DNA of 64,000 nucleotides from Rhodocyclaceae bacterium (GCA_025353195.1 JANXRC010000146.1:998-64997); one strand, 5' to 3'. Shown: positions 19,661-32,484, counted from the first letter of the stretch. Numbers and translations: made by a program. Notes: a model not told the origin generated them from the sequence alone.

Positions 19661-21036
19661 TGATGAAAATTCATGAGGCGGCCCAAACCATAGGCGCCAG
19701 CGCGCAAGGCGCCGATGCCGGCTTCAGCAGCGTTTCCACCGATTCGCGGACCATCACTGCAGGCGAGCTGTTTGTCGCGCTCAAGGGCGAGAACTTCGAT
19801 GGCCACGCCTATGTCAGCGACGTCCTCGCGCGGGGTGCCGCGGGGGCGATGGTTGGTCAGGAATTCGCTGCCGCGCATCCCGGCCTGCCGCTGATCTGCG
19901 TTGCCGACACGCGCCTGGCGCTCGGTGCACTCGCGGCGCAGTGGCGCGCGCGCTTTGCGCTGCCGCTGATCGGCGTCACCGGCAGCAACGGCAAGACCAC
20001 CGTGAAGGAAATGTGCGCGGCGATTCTGCGGGCGCACTATGGCAATGCAGTGGACAGCGTATTGGCCACCGTCGGCAACCTCAATAACGACATTGGGCTG
20101 CCGCTGACCCTGCTCAGGCTGCGTGCTTCGCACCGCGCCGCGGTGATCGAGATGGGGATGAATCATGCGGGAGAGATCGACTATCTGGCGCGCCTTGCGG
20201 CACCGACCGTAGCGCTGGTAAACAACGCCCAGCGTGCGCATCTGGAAGGCCTCGGCTCGGTGCAGGACATCGCACTGGCCAAGGGCGAAATTTTCGCCGG
20301 ACTGGCTGCCGAAGGCGTCGCCGTGTTCAATGCCGATGATCCGCAAGTCAATTTCTGGCGGGAGTTGTCGCGGGATCGCCGTCAGCTGAGTTTCGGCCTC
20401 GACCAGCCAGCCGACGTGCGCGGCCGGTTCGCCAGCCATGGTCTTGGCGGCGAGCTGCACCTGGCCACTCCCTGGGGCGAGATCGAGGTGACTCTCGGCA
20501 TACCGGGTTTCCACAATGCGCGCAATGCCTGCGCTGCGGCAGCGGCGACCTTGGCCACCGGAGCAGCGCTCGACGAGGTCAAGCAGGGGCTGGAGGGGTT
20601 TGCGGGCATCAAGGGCCGTTTGCAGCGGCGTGCCGGGCGTGCCGGTGCGCTGGTGGTGGATGACAGCTACAACGCCAATCCCGATTCCATGCGCGCGGCC
20701 ATCGATGTACTGGCATCGGTACCCGGCAAGCGCATTCTGGTGATGGGCGATATGGGTGAGGCGGGCGCTGCCGCCGGGCAGTTTCACGACGAGATCGGCG
20801 GCTATGCCAAGAGCCACGGCATCGACCGCCTGCTCTGTCTGGGCGAGATGTCGGTGGCAGCGGCACACAACTTCGGCGAAGGCGGCGAGCACTTTCAGAG
20901 CCGTGACGACCTGGTCAAGACTCTGCTTGCCGCGCTCGATCCGCAGACTACGGTGCTGGTCAAGGGGTCGCGCTTCATGCGCATGGAGCGCGTCGTCGAG
21001 GCCATCGTGGACGAAGGAGTTTCGAATGCTGCTTGA
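19657..21036 (+). CDS. murF: UDP-MurNAc-tripeptide:D-Ala-D-Ala ligase
   Basis: [41 protein letters not shown]. Confidence 0.98.
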   Translation: MMMKIHEAAQTIGASAQGADAGFSSVSTDSRTITAGELFVALKGENFDGHAYVSDVLARGAAGAMVGQEFAAAHPGLPLICVADTRLALGALAAQWRARFALPLIGVTGSNGKTTVKEMCAAILRAHYGNAVDSVLATVGNLNNDIGLPLTLLRLRASHRAAVIEMGMNHAGEIDYLARLAAPTVALVNNAQRAHLEGLGSVQDIALAKGEIFAGLAAEGVAVFNADDPQVNFWRELSRDRRQLSFGLDQPADVRGRFASHGLGGELHLATPWGEIEVTLGIPGFHNARNACAAAAATLATGAALDEVKQGLEGFAGIKGRLQRRAGRAGALVVDDSYNANPDSMRAAIDVLASVPGKRILVMGDMGEAGAAAGQFHDEIGGYAKSHGIDRLLCLGEMSVAAAHNFGEGGEHFQSRDDLVKTLLAALDPQTTVLVKGSRFMRMERVVEAIVDEGVSNAA

Positions 21037-22195
21037 ACTTGCCCAATGGCTGTCCAGGGATTTCCGCGGCTTCAATGTCTTCGGCTATATCACCCTGCGC
21101 GCGGTGCTGGCGACCATGACGGCGCTGGCGATCTCCTTCGTCTTCGGTCCCGCGGTGATCCGCTGGCTGACGGCGAAAAAGATTGGCCAGTCGGTACGCA
21201 GCGACGGCCCGCAGACCCATCTGGTCAAGGCCGGCACGCCGACCATGGGCGGCGCGCTGATTCTGATTTCGCTCGGCGTGTCCACGCTGCTGTGGGCGGA
21301 TCTCTCCAATCGCTTCATCTGGATCGTGCTGATCGTCACCTTCGGCTACGGCGCGGTGGGCTGGGTGGATGACTGGCGCAAGGTGGTCTACCGCAACCCA
21401 GACGGGCTGTCAGCCAGGGTGAAGTTCTTCTGGCAATCGGTCATAGGCCTGATCGCTGCAATCTATCTGGCATTTTCGATTTCGGCGCCCAACAACGAAA
21501 AGGTAGTGCAGCTGTTCTTCCAGTGGGTGTCGAGCGGGTTCACCCTGGAACTGCCGCAGCAGACTGCCCTGATCGTGCCCTTTTTCAAAAGCGTGACCTA
21601 CCCGCTTGGCATGTTCGGCTTCATCCTCCTCACCTACCTGGTGATCGTCGGCAGCAGCAATGCGGTGAACCTGACCGACGGCCTCGATGGTCTGGCCATC
21701 ATGCCGACGGTGCTGGTTGGCGCCGCGCTGGGCATCTTCACCTACGTCGCCGGCAATTCGGTGTTCTCGAAATACCTGCTGCTGCCCTATATTCCGGGTG
21801 CCGGTGAGCTGACGGTGTTCTGCGGAGCGTTGGCCGGTGCCGGCCTCGGCTTCCTGTGGTTCAATGCCTACCCTGCCGAAGTATTCATGGGCGACGTCGG
21901 CGCGCTGGCGCTGGGCGCCGCGCTGGGCGCGGTGGCCGTGGTCGCGCGGCAGGAGATCGTGCTGTTCATAATGGGTGGCGTATTTGTCGCCGAGACGCTG
22001 TCGGTGATGCTCCAGGTCGGCTACTTCAAGTACACCAAGAAGCGTTACGGCACAGGCAGGCGGATTCTCCTGATGGCGCCGCTGCACCATCACTTCGAGC
22101 AGACCGGGTGGAAAGAGACGCAGGTAGTGGTGCGCTTCTGGATCATCACCATCCTGCTGGTGCTGTTCGGCTTGTCGACGCTGAAAATTCGATGA
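21026..22195 (+). CDS. mraY: Phospho-N-acetylmuramoyl-pentapeptide transferase
   Basis: [38 protein letters not shown]. Confidence 0.98.
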   Translation: MLLELAQWLSRDFRGFNVFGYITLRAVLATMTALAISFVFGPAVIRWLTAKKIGQSVRSDGPQTHLVKAGTPTMGGALILISLGVSTLLWADLSNRFIWIVLIVTFGYGAVGWVDDWRKVVYRNPDGLSARVKFFWQSVIGLIAAIYLAFSISAPNNEKVVQLFFQWVSSGFTLELPQQTALIVPFFKSVTYPLGMFGFILLTYLVIVGSSNAVNLTDGLDGLAIMPTVLVGAALGIFTYVAGNSVFSKYLLLPYIPGAGELTVFCGALAGAGLGFLWFNAYPAEVFMGDVGALALGAALGAVAVVARQEIVLFIMGGVFVAETLSVMLQVGYFKYTKKRYGTGRRILLMAPLHHHFEQTGWKETQVVVRFWIITILLVLFGLSTLKIR

Positions 22196-23676
22196 GCGAA
22201 CTGAACGGCAAACACGTCCTCGTTCTCGGCCTCGGTGAATCGGGGCTGGCCTCCGCGCGCTGGTGCGCGCGGCAGCGCGCGCGGGTGCGGGTGGCCGACA
22301 CGCGTGCGGTGCCGCCGTATCTGGAAGAACTGCGGCGCCGTGTCGCCAGCGCCGACTTCCCGCTTGAATTCATTCCCGGCGAGTTCGACAAGGCGCTGCT
22401 CGACGGCATCGACCTGCTGGTGCTGTCACCGGGCCTCTCGGGCGGCCTGATGGTGGTGATTCATGCCCGCGCCGCTGGGATTCCGGTGCTTGGCGAAGTT
22501 GAATTGTTCGCCCGCGGTTTGCGCAGTCTTGGCTGCAGTGCGCCGGTGCTGGCGATCACCGGCACCAATGGCAAGACCACCACCACCGCGCTGACCGGGC
22601 ATCTGCTGCGCGCCGCGGGCAAGACGGTCGGCGTCGCCGGCAATATCTCCCCCGCGGCGCTGAGTGCGTTGATGGATGCGCTGGATGCGGGTGCCCTGCC
22701 GCAGATCTGGGTATTGGAGCTGTCGAGTTTTCAGCTGGAAACCACCGAGACGCTGAATCCTGTAGCAGCAACGGTGCTAAACATTTCCGACGACCATCTC
22801 GATCGCTACATCGATCTCGACGAGTACGCATCGGCCAAGGCCAGGATCTTTCAAAGCGCTGAGGGTGCGCCGGGCGTGCAGGTGCTCAACCGCGCCGATC
22901 CGCGCGTGTGCCGGATGGTGCTGGCCGATCGTCACATCATCAGCTTCGGCCTCGACGCACCGGCTGGCGAGGACGACTTCGGCCTGCGCCCGCAGCGAGG
23001 CGAGCCGTGGCTGGTACAGGGCGAGCGCTTTCTGCTGCCGGCCTCCGAGTTGCCGCTGGCCGGCTTGCACAATGCGGCCAACGCAATGGCGGCGCTGGCG
23101 CTGTGCAGCGCGCTCGGTTTCGATGCTGAAGCCTTGCTGCCGGCGTTGCGCAGTTTCCGCGGCCTGGCGCACCGGGTCGAGAAGGTGGCCGAGATCGGTG
23201 GTGTGACGTGGTACGACGATTCGAAGGGCACCAATGTCGGCGCCACGGTCGCCGCACTGAATGGCATTGGCGGCCAACTGGCCGCCCTGAATAGTCGCCT
23301 CTCTCCCACGGGGAGGGAGGGTGCGTCATTGACGTCTTGCGATCCGCAGGATCGCAAGATCGTGGTGATCCTCGGCGGCGACGGCAAGGGGCAGGACTTC
23401 ACGCCGCTGAAGGCAGCCGTGGCGAGGCATGCGCGCAGTGCGGTGATGATCGGCCGCGACGGGCCGCTGATCGAGAAGGCCATCGCCGCCGCCGGAGTAG
23501 CGATGGAAAGCGCCAACGATATGGAAGATGCCGTGCGTCGTGCCCGTGCGCTGGCGCGGCCGGGCGATGCCGTGCTGCTGTCACCGGCCTGCGCCAGCTT
23601 CGACATGTTCCGCAATTACGAACATCGGGCGCAGGCCTTCATCGATGCAGTGCGCGCACTGGAGGCCGGGGCGTGA
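22192..23676 (+). CDS. murD: UDP-MurNAc-L-Ala:D-Glu ligase, with an internal ~25-aa insert
   Basis: [52 protein letters not shown]. Confidence 0.97.
   Translation: MSELNGKHVLVLGLGESGLASARWCARQRARVRVADTRAVPPYLEELRRRVASADFPLEFIPGEFDKALLDGIDLLVLSPGLSGGLMVVIHARAAGIPVLGEVELFARGLRSLGCSAPVLAITGTNGKTTTTALTGHLLRAAGKTVGVAGNISPAALSALMDALDAGALPQIWVLELSSFQLETTETLNPVAATVLNISDDHLDRYIDLDEYASAKARIFQSAEGAPGVQVLNRADPRVCRMVLADRHIISFGLDAPAGEDDFGLRPQRGEPWLVQGERFLLPASELPLAGLHNAANAMAALALCSALGFDAEALLPALRSFRGLAHRVEKVAEIGGVTWYDDSKGTNVGATVAALNGIGGQLAALNSRLSPTGREGASLTSCDPQDRKIVVILGGDGKGQDFTPLKAAVARHARSAVMIGRDGPLIEKAIAAAGVAMESANDMEDAVRRARALARPGDAVLLSPACASFDMFRNYEHRAQAFIDAVRALEAGA
23295..23325. repeat. Intragenic palindromic element in murD
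   Basis: TCG-CCTCTCTCCC-ACG-GGGAGGGAGG-GTGCG: 10-bp stem with one G:T pair; shares flanks with the element at 38437. Confidence 0.7.
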
Positions 23677-24836
23677 GCCGGGCCTATGCGGCGCCGGCGC
23701 ACCAGGCGCCTGCCGAATTCGACGGCCTCCTGCTATGGCCGGCCATTGGCTTGCTCCTGCTCGGGCTGGTGATGGTGTATTCGTCGTCCATCGCGATGGC
23801 CGAGGGCAGCCGCTTCACCGGCAATCAGCCGGCCTATTTTCTGTATCGGCACGCCGTGTTTCTCGCCATCGGACTGGTGGTGGGTGTGATGGCTTTCCAG
23901 ATTCCGCTGCGGCTGTGGCAGCAGGCAGCGCCCTGGCTGTTTCTGGCCGGAGTCGCCCTGCTGCTGCTGGTGCTGATTCCCCATGTCGGACGTTCGGTGA
24001 ACGGCGCCCAGCGCTGGATCGGCCTCGGCCCGATCAACCTGCAGCCGTCGGAGTTGATGAAGCTGTTCGTGGTGCTTTACGCCGCCGACTACACGACGCG
24101 CAAGCTCGAGGACATGGGCAGTTTCCTGCGCGGCTTCGGGCCGATGGCGCTGGTCATGGTGCTGGTCGGATTCCTGCTGCTGAAGGAGCCGGATTTCGGC
24201 GCCCTGGTGGTCATTCTCTGCATCGCAACCGGCATCCTGTTTCTCGGCGGCATCAACGCGCGGGTGTTTGCTGTTCTGGTGGTGGTCCTGGCGGTCAGCT
24301 TTGTCATCATGATCTGGGTTTCGCCTTATCGGCGCGAGCGCATTTTCGGCTTCATGGATCCCTGGCAGGACTCCTTCGGCAAGGGCTACCAGCTCTCGCA
24401 CGCGCTGATCGCCTTCGGCCGCGGCGAGTGGTTGGGCGTCGGGCTGGGTGCCAGCGTCGAGAAGCTGTTCTATCTGCCCGAAGCGCACACCGACTTCCTG
24501 CTGGCGGTAATCGCCGAAGAGCTCGGCTTTGTCGGCGTCTGTGTCGTGGTCGGGCTCTTCGCCCTGCTGGTGCAGCGCTCCTTCGCCATCGGCCGCCAGG
24601 CCCTGGTGCTCGACCGCGTGCATTCCGGCCTGGTCGCGCAAGGCATCGGCATCTGGCTCGGCGTGCAGGGCTTCATCAACATGGGCGTCAACATGGGCCT
24701 GCTGCCGACCAAGGGCCTGACCCTGCCGCTGATGAGCTTCGGCGGTTCGGGCATCGTCACGAACTGCCTTGCCCTCGGCATCCTGCTGCGTGTTGACTGG
24801 GAAAACAGGCAATTGATGCGAGGGCAGCAGGCATGA
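23673..24836 (+). CDS. ftsW: Peptidoglycan glycosyltransferase FtsW
   Basis: [48 protein letters not shown]. Confidence 0.98.
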   Translation: MSRAYAAPAHQAPAEFDGLLLWPAIGLLLLGLVMVYSSSIAMAEGSRFTGNQPAYFLYRHAVFLAIGLVVGVMAFQIPLRLWQQAAPWLFLAGVALLLLVLIPHVGRSVNGAQRWIGLGPINLQPSELMKLFVVLYAADYTTRKLEDMGSFLRGFGPMALVMVLVGFLLLKEPDFGALVVILCIATGILFLGGINARVFAVLVVVLAVSFVIMIWVSPYRRERIFGFMDPWQDSFGKGYQLSHALIAFGRGEWLGVGLGASVEKLFYLPEAHTDFLLAVIAEELGFVGVCVVVGLFALLVQRSFAIGRQALVLDRVHSGLVAQGIGIWLGVQGFINMGVNMGLLPTKGLTLPLMSFGGSGIVTNCLALGILLRVDWENRQLMRGQQA

Positions 24837-25891
24837 CGCACACCCTTCTGGTCATGGCGGGCGGTACGGGCGGGCACATCATGCCAGGCTTGGCGGTGGC
24901 CGAACACTTGAAGGCCGAAGGCTGGAAGATTGCCTGGATGGGCAATCCCGATGGCATGGAAGCGCAACTGACCGCCGGGCGTGGCTACGAGATGGCCGGG
25001 GTGCACTTTTCCGCGCTGCGCGGCAAGGGCCTGCTGCGAAAACTGCTGCTGCCCTTCAATCTGTTGCGCGGCTTCAGCCAGGCATGGTCGCAGCTCAAGC
25101 GCATCCAGCCCGATGTGGTGCTCGGCATGGGCGGCTACGTCAGCTTTCCGGGTGGCATGATGGCCGCGCTGCGCGGCATTCCACTGGTGCTGCACGAGCA
25201 GAATTCGGTGGCCGGCCTGTCCAACAGGGTTCTGGCAATGGTCGCCGACCGCATTCTTACCGGCTTTCCCGAGGTTCTGAAGAAAGGCAGCTGGGTCGGC
25301 AATCCGGTGCGCCCCGAAATCGCCGCGTTGCCAGCGCCGACTCTTCGTTATGCTCAGCGCAGCGGACCGCTGCACGTGCTGGTCGTGGGCGGCAGCCTCG
25401 GCGCGCAAGCCTTGAACGAAGTCCTGCCGAAGGCCTTGGCCTTGATCGCGGAACATGAGCGGCCCTCGGTGGTGCATCAGGCCGGCGAGAAGCATCTGCC
25501 GATGCTGAAAAGCCTCTACCTTTCGGCGGGAGTCAAGGCGGACTGCGTGGCCTTCATCAATGACATGGCCGGGGCCTACGCCCGGGCCGATCTGGTGATC
25601 TGTCGCGCCGGCGCGCTGACCGTAGCCGAACTGGCGGCAGCAGGCGTTGCCAGCTTGCTGGTGCCTTTCCCTCACGCGGTGGATGACCACCAGACCTCGA
25701 ACGCGCGCTTCCTAAGCGCTGCCGGGGCGGCGATCTTGCTGCCGCAGGATCAGCTGACGCCGGTGCGGCTGGCCGAACTCAGGAATCTGTCGCGTCAGCA
25801 ACTCACGCAGATGGCCGAGAAGGCGCGCGCGCTGGCGCTTCCCGACGCAACGGCGGTCGTCGCTCAGGCTTGTGCGGAGTTGGCCAAATGA
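24833..25891 (+). CDS. murG: Lipid II N-acetylglucosaminyl transferase
   Basis: GGTGGH, HEQN, GNPVR, GGSLGA, RAGALT, HQTSNA. Confidence 0.98.
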   Translation: MTHTLLVMAGGTGGHIMPGLAVAEHLKAEGWKIAWMGNPDGMEAQLTAGRGYEMAGVHFSALRGKGLLRKLLLPFNLLRGFSQAWSQLKRIQPDVVLGMGGYVSFPGGMMAALRGIPLVLHEQNSVAGLSNRVLAMVADRILTGFPEVLKKGSWVGNPVRPEIAALPAPTLRYAQRSGPLHVLVVGGSLGAQALNEVLPKALALIAEHERPSVVHQAGEKHLPMLKSLYLSAGVKADCVAFINDMAGAYARADLVICRAGALTVAELAAAGVASLLVPFPHAVDDHQTSNARFLSAAGAAILLPQDQLTPVRLAELRNLSRQQLTQMAEKARALALPDATAVVAQACAELAK

Positions 25892-25922
25892 AACGCAGGA
25901 TCTCGATGCAAAGGACTTCGCC

Positions 25923-27353
25923 ATGAAGCACAAGGTCAAGCGCATCCATTTCGTCGGCATCGGCGGCTCCGGTATGTCCGGCATCGCTGAAGTTCTGGCG
26001 AACCAGGGTTACCAGGTCAGCGGTTCCGATCTCAGTGAGAGTGCCACCACGCGGCGCCTGGCGGCGCAGGGCATACGCATAGCGATCGGGCATAGCGCGC
26101 AAAACGTCTCGGCCGCCGATGCAGTCGTGGTGTCGACCGCCGTGCACGAAGACAACCCGGAAGTAATCATGGCGCGGGCGCGTCGCGTGCCGGTGGTGCC
26201 CCGGGCGCAGATGCTCGCCGAGTTGATGCGCATCAAGCAGGGCATCGCGATTGCCGGCACCCACGGCAAGACCACGACCACCAGCCTGGTGGCCAGTTGC
26301 CTGGCCGAAGGCGGCCTCGATCCGACCTTCGTCATCGGCGGCCGGTTGAATTCCGCGGGAGCCAACGCCAAGCTGGGCAGCGGTGAATTCCTAGTGGCCG
26401 AGGCCGACGAGTCGGATGCCTCCTTCCTGTTTCTGTCGCCCGTGGTGTCGGTGGTTACCAACATCGATGCCGATCACATGGAAACCTACGGCCATGATTT
26501 CGGCCGCCTGAAACAGGCCTTTGTCGATTTCCTCCACCGCCTGCCGTTCTACGGGGTCGCCGTGGTCTGCGGCGACGATCCGAACGTGCGCGAGATCATT
26601 CCCCGTGTGGCGAAGCAAATAGTCACCTATGGCATCGACAGCGCCGCCAACTTCCGTGCCGAAGACGTGGTGGCGGAGGGCGGCACCATGCGCTTTACAT
26701 GCGTGCGCACCAATGGGGGCGTCACCCGTTTGCCCATCGTGCTCAGTCTGCCGGGACGCCACAATGTCCTGAATGCGCTGGCAGCGATTGCGGTGGCGAC
26801 GGAAGTCGGCGTTGGCGATACGGCGATCATCAGGGCGCTGGCCGAATTCAGGGGCGTCGGCCGGCGCTTCCAGCTTTACGGCGAGATTGGCTGTCCCGCC
26901 GGCGGAACATTCACGCTGGTCGATGATTACGGCCATCATCCGGCGGAAATGGCGGCCACGCTCGCCGCGGCGCGCGGCGCCTTTCCAGGTCGCCGCCTGC
27001 TGCTGGCGTTTCAGCCGCATCGCTACACGCGCACCCGGGACTGCTTCGAGGATTTCGTCAAGGTGCTGTGCGGGGTCGATGCCCTGGTGCTCGGCGAAGT
27101 GTACGCTGCCGGCGAGGCGCCGATCATCGCCGCCGACAGCCGCACGCTGGTGCGCGCTTTGCGCGTTGCCTGCGCGCAAAGCGCCATTCCAGGCATGCAA
27201 GACACCGGCAAGATCGAGCCGATCTTCGTCGAAGACATAGCGGACATGCCGGCAGCCATTCTGGCCGCGGCGCGCGATGGCGACGTGGTGATCACCATGG
27301 GCGCCGGTTCCATCGGCGGAGTGCCGACGCGCTTGAGCGAAGGTTCGCCATGA
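25923..27353 (+). CDS. murC: UDP-N-acetylmuramate:L-alanine ligase
   Basis: [39 protein letters not shown]. Confidence 0.98.
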   Translation: MKHKVKRIHFVGIGGSGMSGIAEVLANQGYQVSGSDLSESATTRRLAAQGIRIAIGHSAQNVSAADAVVVSTAVHEDNPEVIMARARRVPVVPRAQMLAELMRIKQGIAIAGTHGKTTTTSLVASCLAEGGLDPTFVIGGRLNSAGANAKLGSGEFLVAEADESDASFLFLSPVVSVVTNIDADHMETYGHDFGRLKQAFVDFLHRLPFYGVAVVCGDDPNVREIIPRVAKQIVTYGIDSAANFRAEDVVAEGGTMRFTCVRTNGGVTRLPIVLSLPGRHNVLNALAAIAVATEVGVGDTAIIRALAEFRGVGRRFQLYGEIGCPAGGTFTLVDDYGHHPAEMAATLAAARGAFPGRRLLLAFQPHRYTRTRDCFEDFVKVLCGVDALVLGEVYAAGEAPIIAADSRTLVRALRVACAQSAIPGMQDTGKIEPIFVEDIADMPAAILAAARDGDVVITMGAGSIGGVPTRLSEGSP

Positions 27354-28273
27354 TTGAACTCGTGCGCGGCGCGCTGCGGGAATTCGAGCCGATGGCGAGC
27401 CATGTCTCGTGGCGTGCCGGCGGCGCCGTGGCTCGCGCATTCTTCCCGGCCGATCTGGCCGATCTCGCCGCCTTCCTGCATCGCCTGCGCCGCGATGAGC
27501 CGCTGCTGCTGGTGGGCCTTGGCAGCAATCTGCTGGTGCGTGACGGCGGCTTCGACGGCACCGCGATCTTCACCCATGGCGTGCTGGATGTCCTGCGCCG
27601 CGAAGCGGACGGCAGCTTTTTCGCCGAAGCCGGTGTCGCCTCGCCGAAGCTGGCGCGTTTTGTCGGCAACCAGTCCTGCGCCGAGGCCGAGTTTCTGGCG
27701 GGCATCCCCGGCACCGTCGGCGGCGCGCTGGCGATGAACGCCGGCTGCCACGGCGGCGAGACCTGGCGCTATGTCGACCGGGTGCTGATGCTCGATCGCA
27801 ATGGCGAGCAGATCATCCGCGGTCCGGAAGACTTTGCCATCGGCTACCGCCATGTCGGCCTCAAACAGGCCAGCGATGAAATTTTTGCCGGCGCCTGGTT
27901 TCGCTTTCCGGCCGGCGATGTCGAGGTGGCCCGGGCGAACGTGCGCCAACTGCTGGAGCGGCGCAGTGCCACCCAGCCGCTGCAGTTGGCCAATGCCGGC
28001 TCGGTGTTCAGGAACCCGCCGGGCGACCACGCTGCACGCCTGATCGAGGCCGCCGGCCTCAAGGGCACACAGATCGATGGCGCGCAGGTTTCCGAAAAGC
28101 ATGCGAATTTCATCGTTAATCCCAAGGGCGAGGCGACGGCTAGTGCGATAGAAATGCTAATCGGCCGGATTCGGGCGGAAGTCGAGCAAAAGTTTGGCGT
28201 TTCCCTGGTGTGCGAGGTGCGCATTGTGGGCGAAATAAACAGTCGGTCCGGGCGGGACGGAGAAGGAGTTTGA
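27350..28273 (+). CDS. murB: UDP-N-acetylenolpyruvoylglucosamine reductase
   Basis: [35 protein letters not shown]. Confidence 0.97.
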   Translation: MIELVRGALREFEPMASHVSWRAGGAVARAFFPADLADLAAFLHRLRRDEPLLLVGLGSNLLVRDGGFDGTAIFTHGVLDVLRREADGSFFAEAGVASPKLARFVGNQSCAEAEFLAGIPGTVGGALAMNAGCHGGETWRYVDRVLMLDRNGEQIIRGPEDFAIGYRHVGLKQASDEIFAGAWFRFPAGDVEVARANVRQLLERRSATQPLQLANAGSVFRNPPGDHAARLIEAAGLKGTQIDGAQVSEKHANFIVNPKGEATASAIEMLIGRIRAEVEQKFGVSLVCEVRIVGEINSRSGRDGEGV

Positions 28274-29181
28274 TGGATTTCGGCAAGGTGGCGGTGATGA
28301 TGGGCGGCAAGTCGGCCGAGCGCGAGGTATCGCTGAAAAGCGGCACCGCGGTGCTCGCCGCGCTGCGCTCAAGCGGCGTCGACGCGCACTGCTTTGATCC
28401 GCAGGACCAGGCGCTCGAGGCGCTGCATGCCGATGGCTTCAAGCGCGTCTTCATCGCCCTGCATGGACGTGGCGGCGAAGATGGCACGCTGCAGGGCGCA
28501 CTTGATCTGCTGGCGATTCCCTATACCGGCAGCGGCGTGCTGGCGTCGGCTCTGGCGATGGACAAGTGGCGCTCCAAGCTGGTCTGGCAGGGCATGGGTT
28601 TGCCGGTGCCGGATTACGTCGCGCTCGATGCCACCAGCGATTTTTCAGCCGTCGAGGCGCGCCTCGGTCTGCCGTTGTTCGTCAAGCCGGCCAATGAGGG
28701 CTCCAGCATCGGCATCAGCAAGGTCAAGCAGGCGGGTGGTCTGCGCGCCGCTTACGAACTGGCAGCCCGTTTCGACACCTGCGTGATCGCGGAAAAGTAT
28801 CTGGGCGGCGGCGAATATACCGTGGGCATTGTTGCCGGCGTGGCCTTGCCGGTGATCCGCATCGTGCCGGCGACCGAGTTCTACGATTACGACGCCAAGT
28901 ATCTGCGCGATGACACCGAATACCGCATTCCTAGCGGCCTCGGCGAGCAGCGCGAAGCCGAGATGCGCGATCTGGCGCTGCGCGCCTTTGCCGTGCTGGG
29001 CGGGCGCGGCTGGGGACGGATGGACCTGATGCTGGATGCCGCAGGCCGTTCCTATTGCCTCGAAGCGAATACATCGCCCGGCATGACCGACCACTCGCTG
29101 GTGCCGATGGCGGCCCGCGCGGCCGGCATTCCGTTTGCGCAACTGGTGCTTAGATTGCTCGAAGAGGCCCGCTATGGCTAA
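28273..29181 (+). CDS. ddl: D-alanine-D-alanine ligase
   Basis: [42 protein letters not shown]. Confidence 0.98.
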   Translation: MDFGKVAVMMGGKSAEREVSLKSGTAVLAALRSSGVDAHCFDPQDQALEALHADGFKRVFIALHGRGGEDGTLQGALDLLAIPYTGSGVLASALAMDKWRSKLVWQGMGLPVPDYVALDATSDFSAVEARLGLPLFVKPANEGSSIGISKVKQAGGLRAAYELAARFDTCVIAEKYLGGGEYTVGIVAGVALPVIRIVPATEFYDYDAKYLRDDTEYRIPSGLGEQREAEMRDLALRAFAVLGGRGWGRMDLMLDAAGRSYCLEANTSPGMTDHSLVPMAARAAGIPFAQLVLRLLEEARYG

Positions 29182-29980
29182 GGCGCGGGGAAACTCGGCC
29201 GGCAAGAGCCGGGGCCACAGCCGGGTCGAACACGGCAGCGGCGGCGGCTTCTGGGATCGGCCGGTGTTGATCAACCTGCTGGCCGACCTGCTGTTGCTGG
29301 CCGGCGGCGGATTGCTGGCATGGGCCGGCGCGCTGGCCGTGCAGCGTCTGCCGGTGTTCCCGCTGACCGAATTGGTGGTGGCGAAGCCGCTGGACCAGGT
29401 CTCGCGGACGCAGATCGAGCAAACGGCGCGCAACGCCCTGTCAGGGAACTTCTTCACGGTGAATCTGGAGGCTGCCCAGGCGGCCTTCGAGCGCATGCCC
29501 TGGGTGCGCTCGGCCTCCTTGCGCCGCCACTGGCCCGACGGCATCGAACTGGAACTCGAAGAGCATCACGCCGTCGCCCGCTGGACCCCGCTTGAAGGCG
29601 AGTCGCGTCTGGTCAGCACGCGGGGCGAGGTGTTCCTGGCCTCGACGCGAGAATCACTGCCGGTCTTCGTCGGTCCCGAGGGTTCGGCGCCGCGGCTGCT
29701 GGCCCGCTACCAGGAGTTCAACGACGGTCTGGCCGCCATTGGACGCAAGCAGGTCGCCATTCATCTATCGGCGCGCGAGGCATGGCAACTCAAGCTGGAC
29801 GACGGCGTGGTCCTCGAATTGGGCCGCGACGAGCCTAGGCATCCGCTGGCGGAGCGACTCAATCGCTTCACGACCTACTACGCGACTGTGCGCAGTTCCG
29901 CGAAAAGTCGTCTGCAAGCCATCGGCGTGGTGGACATGCGTTACCCGAACGGATTCGCCCTCAGGGCGAGCAAAAGCTGA
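29174..29980 (+). CDS. ftsQ: Cell division protein FtsQ
   Basis: One TM helix; POTRA domain ([14 protein letters not shown]); C-terminal DMRYPNGFA. Confidence 0.95.
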   Translation: MAKARGNSAGKSRGHSRVEHGSGGGFWDRPVLINLLADLLLLAGGGLLAWAGALAVQRLPVFPLTELVVAKPLDQVSRTQIEQTARNALSGNFFTVNLEAAQAAFERMPWVRSASLRRHWPDGIELELEEHHAVARWTPLEGESRLVSTRGEVFLASTRESLPVFVGPEGSAPRLLARYQEFNDGLAAIGRKQVAIHLSAREAWQLKLDDGVVLELGRDEPRHPLAERLNRFTTYYATVRSSAKSRLQAIGVVDMRYPNGFALRASKS

Positions 29981-31212
29981 TGGCCAAAGAAGCCAAACGT
30001 GACCTGATCGTCGGCCTCGACATCGGCACTTCCAAGATTGTTGCCATCGTCGGCGAGCTGGATGCCGAGGGTCGGCTGGGCATCCTCGGGCTCGGCACCC
30101 AGGAGTCGAGCGGCCTGAAACGCGGCATGGTCATCAACATCGAGGCCACCGTGAATTCGATTTCCAGGGCGATTGCCGAAGTCGAGATGATGGCGGGCTG
30201 CAAGGTGCGCGAGGTGTATACCGGAATCGCCGGCAGCCACATCAAGAGCAAGGATTCCTCGGGCATGGCCGTGGTGCGGGACAAGGAAGTCACCCAGTTC
30301 GACGTCGAGCGGGCCATCGAGGCGGCGAATGCAACGTCGATTTCGGCCGATGACCAGATTCTGCACACGCTGGTGCAGGAGTTCATCGTCGACGGCCAGG
30401 ACGGCGTCAAGGAACCGATCGGCATGGACGCCAAACGGCTTGACGTGAGGGTGCATCTGGTCACCGGCGCGGTGACCGCAGTGCAGAACATTGTCAAGTG
30501 CGTGCATCGCTGCGGCCTCGAAGTGGCCGATTTGGTGCTGCAACCGCTGGCATCGGGATATGCCGTACTGACCGAGGACGAAAAGGATGTCGGCGTCTGC
30601 CTGGTCGATATCGGCGGCGGCACCACCGACGTCGCGGTATTCGTGCACGGCGCGATCCGCCACACCGCGGTCATTCCGATTGCGGGCGACCAGCTGACCA
30701 ATGACATCGCCATTGCCTTGCGTACCTCGACCCAGGATGCCGAGGACATCAAGATACGTTACGGCGTCGCGCTGCAACAGCTGGCCAATCCGCAAGACAT
30801 GATCGAAGTGCCCGGCGTTGGCGACCGTCCGGCGACCCAGCTTTCGCGCCAGACCCTGGCCGGTTTCATCCAGCCGCGGGTCGAGGAAATCTTCCAGAAG
30901 GTGCAGGAGGAACTGCACCGCAGCGGCAAGGAGCGACTGCTGCGCGCCGGTATCGTGCTGACTGGCGGCGCGGCGCAGATGCCCGGCATGGCTGATCTGG
31001 GCGAGGAGATTTTCCACAATACCGTGAAGCTGTCGATGCCGCATTACGACGGCACCTTGCGCGACTACGTACGCAATCCGCGCTACTCCACGGCGATGGG
31101 CTTGTTGTTGGAAGGGGTGGCGCAGCGCCACCGTGGCATGACGGTCCAAAGCCCGAAGAACTTCGGGCAGGTTCTGGCCCGCATGCGGGCGTGGTTCACC
31201 AAAAATTTTTGA
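29980..31212 (+). CDS. ftsA: Cell division protein FtsA
   Basis: GLDIGTSK, DIGGGTT, VLTGGAA, YSTAMGLL; amphipathic C-terminus. Confidence 0.98.
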   Translation: MAKEAKRDLIVGLDIGTSKIVAIVGELDAEGRLGILGLGTQESSGLKRGMVINIEATVNSISRAIAEVEMMAGCKVREVYTGIAGSHIKSKDSSGMAVVRDKEVTQFDVERAIEAANATSISADDQILHTLVQEFIVDGQDGVKEPIGMDAKRLDVRVHLVTGAVTAVQNIVKCVHRCGLEVADLVLQPLASGYAVLTEDEKDVGVCLVDIGGGTTDVAVFVHGAIRHTAVIPIAGDQLTNDIAIALRTSTQDAEDIKIRYGVALQQLANPQDMIEVPGVGDRPATQLSRQTLAGFIQPRVEEIFQKVQEELHRSGKERLLRAGIVLTGGAAQMPGMADLGEEIFHNTVKLSMPHYDGTLRDYVRNPRYSTAMGLLLEGVAQRHRGMTVQSPKNFGQVLARMRAWFTKNF

Positions 31213-31239
31213 TGCAGTCGGTCTTTTCAGGAGGTGAAA

Positions 31240-32427
31240 ATGTTTGAACTTGAGGAAGTAATCACGGCGGAAGCGGAGACGGGATCGACGGTCATCAAAG
31301 TCGTCGGCGTCGGTGGCGCAGGCGGCAATGCGGTCGAGCACATGATTCGCGAAGGCGTCGGCGGCGTCGAATTCATCTGCTGCAACACCGATGCGCAGGC
31401 GCTGAACAAAAGCACCGCCCACGTCAAGCTCCAACTGGGCCCCGGCCTCGGCGCCGGCGGCAAGCCGGAAAAGGCCCGAGAACTGGCGGTGCTCGATCGC
31501 GAACGGATCGCCGACGCGCTGCGGGGTGCGCACATGGTCTTCATTACCGCCGGCATGGGCGGGGGCACCGGCACCGGTGCCGGTCCGGTAATCGCCGAAG
31601 TTGCGCGCGAACTGGGCATCCTCACCGTTGCGGTGGTGACGAAACCCTTCGAATACGAAGGCAAGCGCAAACGCCTGGCGGAAGAAGGCGTGGCCGAACT
31701 CGCTCTCCACGTCGATTCGCTGATCATCATCCTCAACGAGAAACTCGAAGAGGTCCTCGGCGACGAGGTCACCATGCTGGAAGCCTTCCAGGCCGCTGAC
31801 AACGTGCTGCGCAACGCGGTGGGCGGCATCGCTGAAATCATCAACGTGCCGGGTCTGGTCAATGTCGACTTCGAAGACGTGCGCACCGTGATGGGCGAAA
31901 TGGGCAAGGCGATGATGGGCTCCGCGGTCGCCGCCGGAGTCGATCGCGCCCGTGTCGCTGCCGAAGAGGCGGTGGCCAGCCCGTTGCTGGAGGGCATCGA
32001 GCTTTCCGGCGCGCGCGGCGTGCTGGTGAACATTACTGCCAGCACCACGCTCGGCCTCAAGGAATACAAGGAGGTGATGAAGACCATCCGTCAATACACG
32101 GCGCCCGAGGCAACCGTGATCTGCGGCGCCGTGTTCGACGAATCCATGGAAGACCAGTTGCGCGTTACCGTGGTCGCCACCGGGCTCGGCATCGTCGCGT
32201 CACGCGAGGCAGCCAAGCCGAGCATGCGCGTGGTGGAGACGATTGGCCTGCGCACCGGAACCGACAACCTGCAGGTGTTCGATGCCGGGATCGGCCAGGT
32301 CGACCTGTCCAGTGTCACCAGCAGTGCGCGCGGCTCCATGCCACGTAACGCCCAGGCGGATGCCATGGCGGCATCCGGAGTGGACAAGTACGATATCCCC
32401 GCCTTCCTGCGCCGCCAATCCGACTGA
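31240..32427 (+). CDS. ftsZ: Cell division protein FtsZ
   Basis: VGVGGAGGNA, NTDAQAL, GMGGGTGTG, NVDFEDV, DIPAFLR. AGGAGG SD favours ATG 31240. Confidence 0.99.
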   Translation: MFELEEVITAEAETGSTVIKVVGVGGAGGNAVEHMIREGVGGVEFICCNTDAQALNKSTAHVKLQLGPGLGAGGKPEKARELAVLDRERIADALRGAHMVFITAGMGGGTGTGAGPVIAEVARELGILTVAVVTKPFEYEGKRKRLAEEGVAELALHVDSLIIILNEKLEEVLGDEVTMLEAFQAADNVLRNAVGGIAEIINVPGLVNVDFEDVRTVMGEMGKAMMGSAVAAGVDRARVAAEEAVASPLLEGIELSGARGVLVNITASTTLGLKEYKEVMKTIRQYTAPEATVICGAVFDESMEDQLRVTVVATGLGIVASREAAKPSMRVVETIGLRTGTDNLQVFDAGIGQVDLSSVTSSARGSMPRNAQADAMAASGVDKYDIPAFLRRQSD

Positions 32428-32443
32428 ATGGCCGGCCGCAGCA

Positions 32444-32477
32444 CCGGTCCGGCGGGCGCCTCCTCCCGCCGGACCGG
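32444..32477. terminator. 13-bp perfect hairpin after ftsZ (no U-tract)
   Basis: CCGGTCCGGCGGG, 8-nt loop, CCCGCCGGACCGG. Confidence 0.5.
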
Positions 32478-32484
32478 GCTTGCG

